The translations under genes and the position numbers were made by a program. The notes beneath the pieces were generated by a model. That model ran no database searches. It was not told where the DNA came from and saw only the letters and a program-made list of their open reading frames with translations. From Octopus bimaculoides (taxonomy: Eukaryota), in the NCBI RefSeq assembly GCF_001194135.2, contig NC_068993.1, positions 63,179,647 to 63,243,646 of the forward strand: a stretch of DNA of 64,000 nucleotides, given 5' to 3'. Below, one piece after another: positions 53,905 to 64,000 of the stretch. The number at the start of each line of letters is the position of its first letter. Position 1 is the stretch's first letter.

Positions 53905-54290
53905 GGGTGGTGAGCTGGCAGAACCATTTCCACGCCAGGCAAAATGCTTAAACAGCATTTCATCTGTCTTTACGTTCTGAGTTCAAATTCCGCCAAGTTT
54001 GACTTTTCCTTTCATCTTTTCAGGGTCAATAAATTAAGTACCAATGAAACACTGGGGTCGATGTAATCGGCTGGTCCCCTTCCCCCCCAAATTTCAGGCC
54101 CTGTGCCTTTACTAGAAAGGATTATTTGCCGGGTAAAATGCTTAGCAGTATTTTGTCTGTCTTCACGTTCTGAGTTCAAATTCTGCTGAGATCGGCTTTG
54201 CCTTTCATCCTTTCGGAGTCAATGAAATAAGTACCAGTTATATACTGGGGTCGATGTAATCGACTAACCCCCACCCCTCAAATTTCAGGT
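53905..54290 (+). mobile_element. Two family-A SINEs in plus orientation downstream of exon 53151
   Basis: ggtgagctggcagaacc...ttctgagttcaaattcc...aagtacca...ggggtcgatgtaatcg, repeated twice. Confidence 0.85.
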
Positions 54291-54999
54291 ATTATTATTA
54301 TTATTATTATTATTATTGCAAGTTGGCAGCATCATCAGTACATCAGACAAAATGTTTGGTCTGTCACTTGACGTAACACCACCACCACCATGACCACCAC
54401 CACGACCATGGCCCTTGGCTGCTTTTAGCAGAGTCAACTCTGCTGTAAAATATCCAAAGTTGATATCCAGTAAGAGACAATACTTCCCCTTACTGTAACA
54501 AACCATGTTGTCCTCCTCCTCCTCTACCTCCACCTGTCTTGGAGACTCTACAAAAAAAAAAAAAAACCCATGGCCACTGCCTTTTCTCTGCTTAAACCAT
54601 AAAAAAAAAAAATTAGAAAGAAAGGTCCAGTGTTCAAATCCTGTTATTGATGTTTTTCTTTATCACTCTTCTTTGTTTCTACTTTTGATTCTCTTTTTCT
54701 GTCTGTCTATCTCTTGCTCTGCCTGTGTGCGTGCATGTGTATATGTGTGTGTATACATATATATATATAAAACAAGCTTGTTAGCTGCTAATTACAATGG
54801 ATTATTTAGTTTCTTTATAGCTAGAATATATCTATTTTAATTATATATATATATATATAATGTATGTATAAATAATTTTTTAATTTAATTTCATTCTATT
54901 TCCCTTTTTTATTGTTTTACTTTTAACAAGCAATTTATTTGGTTAAATTTTATTTCATAGTATTGAACTAGTTTCATAGATATTGATCTCAGCCTGTCC

Positions 55000-55560
55000 T
55001 TTTCCTTGTACATTGTTTGAAGATGTTATTTACGAGATGTCCACTAAATCTTTATTAGGCTTGTTTTGCATGTGATGTCATGTTCATGATGAGATGTTGA
55101 TTGAGAAACAAAATATCCAGTTGTCTACATTTATGGTTTTTGTTTGAATGTCCTTTTTGGAATTAATGCTTTGTTACTGATACTATTTTGTAGCTATAAG
55201 TTATCATTATTTGTTTAATCTGATGTAATTACTTGTAGTTAATAAGCTGGTGTATTCCCAGCTAGTGTTTATATGTTTTGCGCTGTTGACACTGCTGGAC
55301 TGAACAGTACTGCCCAGGTGTCAAAACCATAGTGCTATCTGTTTGGCAACTGCTGATGGGAATACACTTTTGTTATGTTTGATTATGAATTATTTATTGC
55401 TTAGTCTCATTCTTCTGGCCTTCATTCTTGTAGATTCGTAGTTTGTAGGAATCACATTGGCTTTGTTTGGTTTTCTTCATAATCTAATTAGGCTTAGACA
55501 ATGCATGGGTATTGGAGTCTAGCTTTTGGAGATTCTGTGATGCATATATATCTAGGTATG
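55000..55560 (-). mobile_element. Heavily decayed RTE LINE fragment
   Basis: Reverse strand YLDIYASQNL... and YGFDTWAV... resemble RTE YLGS.ISQNL and LYGSETWT. Many stops and frameshifts; boundaries approximate. Confidence 0.55.
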
Positions 55561-56830
55561 GGCATGAGATACCTATATTTAATGACAGGTAAGTCAAGCA
55601 GTAACAGGAAATTGAGACATCTTGGCACAACCATTTTGGTGTCACTGACTTAAAACTGAATTATCTAATATCAGACGTTTTTATGTTTTTTTTTCTCTCC
55701 CACTGCCCCCTCCCTTCTCTCTCCCCCTTCCCCCTCTCCCTCTGCCCCCTTCCTTCTCTCTCCCTCTCTTTATGTGTATAAGCACATTTCCCCTTCATCG
55801 TGTATGAGGAAATGGAAGGTGTTTATGTCAGCGGTGTTCAGTGAAGAAACTGTGAGGCCTTTCCCTCTCTCTCTCTCACTCTTTCCTGTCTGTATGTCTA
55901 TGTTTCTGTTCATGTGTGTGTGTGTGTTTTGGCTTCCAGTGCCAAAAAGTACTGTTGCCAAACCAGGCTGAATCTCCAATCAGCTGTGTCAAATTATCAG
56001 CATCCAAACAACCATTTCCAATCATTCTGGTGCCAAGAGATTCAGGAACTGTGAACAAAGATCAAAGAAGACATGGCCAGACATGGTGAAAGCTGATCTG
56101 TGTATTGAGTCCTACACAAAGGTAATAATGAAGGAATGCACCATGTATTGAGATATTGTGTTGGAGAAGATCTGTCCAACCCAAAAGAAGTGGACATAGG
56201 CACAGAATGTGGCTGTGTAGTTGAAGAACTTGCTTTACTACCTCTGGTTTTTGGTATTGTTTCATTGTATGGCAGCTTGGGCAAGTGTCTCCTTTACTCT
56301 AGCCTCAAGCTGACCAAAGCTTTCTGAGTGAATTTGGTAGACGGAAACTGTGAGGAAACCCATTGTATGTACATATTTGTGTGCGTGCATGCATTTGTGT
56401 GTGTGTGTTTGTCTCGACACCTTCTCCTATCACCTGGCAACTAGTGTTGGTTCATTTACACCTCTGTAACTTAACAGTTCAGCAAAAGAGACTGATAGAA
56501 TAATTACAGAAGACAAGTACTTTGCGTTGACTTGTTCAACTAAACACTTCAAGGCAATGCTCCAACATGGCTGCAATCCAATGACTAAAAGAAGTAAAAG
56601 ATAAAAGATAAAATTATTATTGATGATGATGATGATGATGATGATATCTTCCATTGAAATGCAGAATCTATCCCTATTTCTTCCCCTACCACCACCACCA
56701 CCACCACCACCACTCTACCTCCACTCTACCTCCACTCTATTTCCCATACACCTCCACATGCGATTCAATCAATCTATATTTCACTCAATTGATCACTCAC
56801 TCACTTTGTTTCTCTCTTTCTCTGTTTCAG

Positions 56831-57003
56831 CCTTCAGTTGGTTCTCTCTGTGTGAGTATGTGATTGCCTACACCAATATGGGCTTCCATATGACTGCCGC
56901 TTATGATTTCCGAAACGTCACATTCTATGCGTGTACGCCAGCCGTCTACAGTACACTGCCCATCAATGGAATGCTTGTAAACAACAACAAAAAACAACGA
57001 TAA
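56831..57003 (+). CDS. PGAP2: PGAP2-like terminal coding exon
   Basis: Acceptor ctctctttctctgtttcag|CC. (A)FSWFSLCEYVIAYTNMGFHMTAAYDFRNVTFYACTPAVYSTLPINGMLVNNNKKQR*, matching PGAP2 F...EY....TNMAFHMTA.WDF. The four exons total 651 nt = 216 aa + TAA. Confidence 0.93.
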
Positions 57004-57982
57004 CACTCGTCATGTATTCACTTCAATATCAACATCAAAATACAAAACTGTCAAAGGTCTGGGGATGGGATGGGGGCACAGGCAACTTGGAATCTTGCTA
57101 AGGGATGCTTGTGGGGTTTTTTTTTGTGGGGGTATGTGTGTGTGATTCTGTGTGTTTGTAGTTTGTTTTTTCTTTATTAATTTTACCATGTTTTTTCTTC
57201 TTCTTTCTCCACAAGATTCTAAATGAAAGTTCAGTTTCACTCTTTTATACACAATTAATACAAACACGTATTTGCACACACACACATTCAGTTCTTCTAA
57301 CCCATGAAACCAAACAAATATATATATATATATGTTTGTACACACACCTATTCAAAGACACAGAGCTGCTATTTATAATTTTGTTCTAAACTCATTTTCT
57401 TTTCTTTTTTTTTTTTTTTTTATACCCCACAACAAATACCCAAAGCAAGAAAAAAAAATGCTTATTTAAACTATCCAAAAGCATTTCTGTACAAAACAAG
57501 TTTGTGTCTTATTGGGCAATGTTTTCTTTGAAAATATATATCTATCTCATCATAGATATATCTCACCATGGATATATCCGTCTTAGAAGGGCACAACCAA
57601 AGATATTCTATGCAAGTTGTATTATTTTTGAATGTCTGAAATAACAGCTTTTTTCCTAAATTTCATTACAGAATTTTCATACAAAACATTTTGCAGCTAA
57701 TTGATTACAGTGATGCTGGCAACAACAACAACAGCAATAATAATAATAATAATAATGATAGTGATAATAATAATAATGATAGCATGTGTTTTAGTGAAAT
57801 TACCAAATGGATGTGGTATTTAAGTGAAGCTTCAGTTTGTAGGTTGTTACTTAGAGTTTTATTGTTCAGTAATCTATCCTACAGCCTGTGTTATTCTTAC
57901 AAATTATACACTTGTTAGGTGACAGGTTACCAAATATTAAACTCAAGAGTAGCACAAGAGTAAAGCTACAGATTCATGTGTT

Positions 57983-58015
<33 letters not shown>

Positions 58016-59662
58016 GACAGATAGACATACATATACATATATACAAGTATACACTGCATCAATACTTATGATATCCAGTTGCTTTCTCAGTTAATATCTT
58101 CTGTAGACATAATCAGAAACCTTATTGCAAGGTGTTTGACAATTGGTTTCCAAGTTGGCACCTTCATATCGCATCACTGGCTCTTACGCTGTGACTTTCA
58201 TTAAAATCCTTCAACTCTTCTCTGTCCCTTATTTTATGGAAGCTAAATAAAAGGCCACTTACTAATTAATCATTAAATCCTGATGTTCATAAAATATATT
58301 GGTTGCCTCATGATTGCATAACAGGTGAATATAATAATTAACTTTAGTCCCCTGTTGTTGTTCTTCCCTAAAATAGATGAGCTCCTTAGATGCTTACAGC
58401 TGTGAAATCCTGTTTGAAACTAGATCCCTTGTAGTTGAGCTTCCACACAGAGTACCAAGGATTCTTGTGCTGCTACTAAGAGTTACAACATACACAGCAC
58501 CTCTCACCAGATTAATTTCAATATTAACTGTGTCAGCTGTCTCTCTAGACCTCAAACACTGTTCTAGGTTGCTGACATCTTGTAAATTTTTGGGGCACAG
58601 TTGCTTAGTTGCACTAAGTCTAGTTTCACTTACTTTAATAAAGCCACTTTTAAATTTATTTCATTAGTTATGAGCAGAATTGACAGTAAAATGGAATGTG
58701 ACATATCCTAACTGTCACGCTGTATAAATAGTCGCTGCATGACAGCATCGATACAGTATGGTTCTTATCCAAATTAAATTATAAGTATATCTGAGACAGT
58801 CGTCTCTGTTAATCTCAGACATTTGATTCTCTGTACCAATAGAAGCTCAGTACCAAGATAGCTTTATGCCAAGCATGAACCATAGTAGATTGGTGCCCAG
58901 TTACTCTGTGCCAAACGCATACATTAACAGCAAAAATTATTGTTACTTATTGCTTATGTATGTATGGATGTATGCATGGATGGATGTTCTCATGTTGGTA
59001 GAAATTATAAACAATTGTGAATGTAACTTTGCTATGTAGGTAGTTATATTCACATAGAATGGGAAGTTGTATGTGAATGGGCAATTTTGACTTTTAGTTA
59101 TGAGGGTATTCAAGGAACTAACTCGAGCTGTTATCTGAATATTTACTTAATTGTTGAAGTTAGTCTTCACAATACTAGAATGCTGCTTACCAACTGCCGT
59201 CATCAAAATAATCATCATCATAGTCATATTTAGAAGATGATGGAATTTTTGTTTGTAAAATTGCACATATATTCACATTTCCATGGTGAATTTATTATTA
59301 GAATGTGAATGTATTCATGAGCTGAGAAACTTGCCCAAGGAGATCACAGGTTGTATACATAGCAATTCATTTGACAGGAAGATGATGAATGTCTTGTCAT
59401 TCTGTGACCGTTTCGTAACAGCTTTATCTGGATGTATAAAATTATGTATAGTAATTACATCTATACTCAGAAACATGTATATATGTATTTACTGCATATA
59501 TTACATCAGTTATATATAATATAATAGATATATTTATATATAATACTTACACATAAACACACAAACATTAAGATAAAATAATGATGTCATATTCTGAGCA
59601 ACTATACATACAGGTCTGTGTGTATGTACATACATACTTATATGTATGTATGCTCATTTACA

Positions 59663-59701
<39 letters not shown>

Positions 59702-60579
59702 CCACTTGAGTGTGAACAAGGAGGAAAAAAGCACTCAATACTGCAAGTAAAGTATTATTTAGTATATTTACTGGAAGCTGCACCTTCACAAATTATTGAT
59801 TTTTATGTTTCTGATCTTTAAACAATTGCTATCTACGGACCAAAGGAAACGGTATATATTTTACCTGTAGAATGCAGGAAATATTTGAATGTCATATATG
59901 TTCTGGCTGGATTCAGAAAAAGCGGTTTGATTTCTTTAGTTAATAAAAGTAACTGTTAGCTGAAAATTCATTCCAAGAAGAGAGAGTGAAGTTGGATAAC
60001 AAAAACAAACGGGTGTGTATAAAGGCATGAGTATAAATGAAAATATGAATCGTAAGCTAGAATTAAAAGTATACACAAGAGAAAAATGTAAATTCAGAGC
60101 TAAAATTATGTGAAGTGTGCAAGGGAAATAACTTAGAAATTTAAAGGAAAGAATTTTCAAGAATTCTCCTGCAAGTGGAGATTAGGAAAATATAACATAG
60201 ATGGTATTGAGATCCAACAATTTCCTACAATTTTAAAATTTTCATGGTATTATTTATTTGGGGGATTGCACCATGCACATAAGTAGTTATTACTCCATTA
60301 TAAACCTCCCAAATATATAATACTAAAATTGTTTAGAAACTATTGAAGCTTCTTGCCCTCATCTGCATTTTCTAGAAATTATTCCTTATTAATATTAAGT
60401 TGTTTTTTTTTCCTTTCAATTTTTAAGTTGCTTGCATCATACAGTTTTAATTTCTCTTTTCCCCTTCCTTCCTTTTTTACCATAAATTATAAATTAGCTC
60501 TTCCTAAATATGGTTCTTTAGGTCCTGCTAGACAAAATATATCTTTTCAAACTAACAATTGTGGATTAAATCATGTCCA

Positions 60580-60832
60580 GAAAATTCACCATAGTCACTT
60601 TTGCTGTGGAAAAATTTGCCATAGGAAATTTTGCCATAAGAGATGCAGATAATTAGACTGCAAACTAGAGAACTCATTTTAAAGAAATTACCTTTCTCTA
60701 ATTGGTAGGTTAGTTGATGAAGTTGTCATTTTAAGAAAACAGCTATTTTTGTCTCATTTTGCAATTTTTTTCTTATGGCAAATTTTCCTACACCAAAAAT
60801 GTTTACAGCGAAGTTTCCTATAACAAAATGTT
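60580..60832. mobile_element. Foldback/MITE-like element with repeated subterminal motif; superfamily unassigned
   Basis: ggaaattttgccataaga (60624-60641) matches the reverse complement of tcttatggcaaattttcc (60771-60788) at 17/18. Both arms carry several degenerate AAATTT(T)GCCATAG units. Confidence 0.65.
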
Positions 60833-62413
60833 TTATTAAGTCTAAAATTTATCTTTGAGTACTGTATTCTTTACTCTAAAAATGTTCCAGAGTTTGACAA
60901 GTTCAAAAACAAAACATAACTTCTTTTTGAACTTGTCATCCTCTGCACTATCTTTATTCATATATATTAATAATTCATAATTATAGATATTCCCAGCATT
61001 ACAGAAACATCAAGTTCCAGGAAATCTTGCCATAATAAGGAATTACATTACCCAAAATAGAAACAAGTTTCACGTTATGGAATTATTCAAAAGCTTTCAG
61101 GAACGCAATGTTTTTATAATGCAAGGATGCTTATAATATTTTCAATTATACATCTGCAATTCTACACACCTACTTATTATTTTCTGAATATATATATATA
61201 TTTACTTCACACCCGCCTTCCATAAGCACTCCAGTTTCATTTGCTAATTAATGAGATCCTAACATTTTTCTGCATCCAATCAAAAGCTTATCGTCATCAT
61301 CATAACATTAAACTATTTAAAACCTGTTATTATTAAATATGTATTTCATCATTTTCCTTTGTTTTGTTTATGACGAAGCCTAAAATATTAGAAATGAGAT
61401 ACTTAGAATATTGATTTGTGGAGTTTTGGCTTCCAGTATACTATATGTATATATATGTATATGTATGTATATATATATATGTATGTATATATCATGTAAT
61501 ATGTTTCTATGTAGACTCACACACACGTATAATTTGTCAAGGAAGAATATGACACATTTAACAATAACTTTCTAGAATAATACAAATATCCCCGATCCAA
61601 CTCTGCCCATGTCTCTCTTTCCCCACCCCCATGAAAAAATAAGGAAAAATATTAATTATTTGCCAACTGTGGTGTTTTGATTTTATTCTCTTAATCGTAT
61701 AAAATTGAAGCCCATCATTTGCCATGAAATTTACAGAATCGAGAGACATATGACCAACGCCTACCAAAGAAATGAATATATTATTTTGTAATTTTACGAA
61801 ATATCAAAAAAAAAAAAAAAAAAAAGCAAAAAAAAATGAAATTTCCCAGTTAACTCCCTTTATTGGCCCTCTCACCTCGTATTTCTTTTTTTTTTTATTC
61901 CACAAGTTCTTTCTAATGGAACATAAAATAAGAATAACACTGGTTAAAAATGAAAATAGATGCTCTATTTTTTACAATTTCAGAGTATGGGCATTGTTTT
62001 AATCAACATGTGTAAATATATGTGGTGATTGGTGTACCTCTATTTCTATATTTCCATTATTACTCGAAAAAGTTATTTTGCTTTGTTTTTTTTTTTTTCT
62101 TTAAGTATTATAAATGTGCATGTGTGTTTATGTGCACATGCACACAAACATACATATATATGCATGCACGCACATGTTCACACGATGGGTATGCCTGCCT
62201 GTATGTAACATACACTTACATGCAGAAAACCTGTAACTGGTAGTATTCATGTGTGTGTGTGTGTAATATATAATACATACATGTGTGTGTGTGTATGTAT
62301 ATATATATATATAATCAGACTGGAGCCTGGTGTTGCCATCCGGTTTCACCAGTCCTCAGTCAAATCGTCCAACCCATGCTAGCATGGAAAGCGGACGTTA
62401 AACGATGATGATG

Positions 62414-62450
<37 letters not shown>

Positions 62451-62519
62451 TATAATACATATGTATATAATAGATAATTATGTATAATATATAAGTAGTA
62501 TAGTTTTCATGAAGCATTG

Positions 62520-62557
<38 letters not shown>

Positions 62558-62683
62558 GTTTTAATTATTAAAACAATTTTTTTTAAAGCCAAAACCATGA
62601 AAATAAAAAAATTAAAAGCATACGTTAATGGTTCGTAGTACTAACCATTGATCTGTATTAATTTTTTATAAAAACATATTTAA

Positions 62684-62724
<41 letters not shown>

Positions 62725-63501
62725 CTCTGAATTAATGTTTTCTAAGTTACAATGGGAAATCTTATTTAGTTTTCACTCATCATCCTCTTTGTAGGGCACT
62801 CACCCTTCACATCAACGCACATCTGTCATAATACAAGGCCTAACCCAACCAATTCTGACCAGAAACTCAGAAAAAAAAAGTGAAGAATTTACTCTCTGCC
62901 CCTTACTGCTCCACAAAAAAATCCTTACCATATTTTTGCATCATCAACAAACAATAATCCCGTCCCCAAAACCTTCCCAAAGAGAATTCTAATGAAAAAT
63001 GGGGTGGGGGATATAGATTTGACTGGAAGAAAGAGATTATAAAAACATCTTTTGACATAACTCAACGAAAGCAATTTGGCAAACATTATAGAAGAAAGGA
63101 ACCATAGATGAATTTAATATGGGCCAGCCATCTTATATGACATGGTTTCAATCTCTGTATGAAGCCATTTCACTTCATTTGATTTCTTTTGATTTAATTT
63201 CATCCTACAAATGACTTTTGAGAAAGGCATGATCCTCACAACATATCCATTTATTTTCTTTCTGTAAAATCTGTGGCACTTTGTGTCTCTAAGCAAAAGA
63301 AACACAGTCTGTAGATCTGTGGGAGTTTATGCAGCTGCACTGTCATCACTTCATTTAGTTCCTCATTTTGGTTAATCATTGTTTGTAAAGGCAAAATAAA
63401 CAATTCTGGAATGAGGAATATTCTTGAAACAACAACAAACAGAACAAGACAAAGCAGCAAAACTGACTACTTCATCCACATCAACACCATTGTATTTCTT
63501 T

Positions 63502-63647
<146 letters not shown>

Positions 63648-63962
63648 ACACACTAATACCTGTGTGTGTGTAATAAATACAAGCATGTAGTTAAATAGTT
63701 TACTTCCCAACCATATGGTTTTGGATTCAATCCCACAATATGGCACCCTAGTTTAGTGTCTTCAGTTGTAGCCTCAAGTTCACATGTACTATGTGAGTGG
63801 AATTTGCTTGACAGAAACCAATAAAACACACACACACATATATGCAGACACACATATGTAAAGGAAACAATGACTGGGAAGGACAACAAAAATTTTACAG
63901 AAAGAGGGGAAAATATAAAACAAGGGAATGCAAACCTGCTCTACCCCACATCAGTTGTCAAC

Positions 63963-64000
<38 letters not shown>

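Overview
Eukaryotic, AT-rich, CpG-depleted, repeat-dense genomic DNA with six N-gaps, most of them inside (TA)n/(TG)n microsatellites. The repeat landscape (several very abundant tRNA-derived SINE-type families, RTE LINE debris, Tc1/mariner remnants, dense CA/TA/GA/GATA/CAT tracts) fits an octopus-type cephalopod genome; this is inference from repeat style, not a database result. One protein-coding gene is well supported: a PGAP2 (Frag1/DRAM/Sfk1 family) orthologue on the + strand, with four GT-AG coding exons (42036-42300, 43258-43361, 53043-53151, 56831-57003) that splice in frame to 216 aa plus stop. Its N-terminal coding exon was not found. Almost all ORFs in the supplied track are artefacts of microsatellites, N-runs or decayed transposons. 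I found no CRISPR array, rRNA or intact tRNA, and no convincing novel biological system. The best second-look items are the exon architecture and C-terminal KKQR of PGAP2, an inverted repeat enclosing an internally deleted mariner, local duplications, CpG-rich candidate promoters and a few unassigned exon-like segments.
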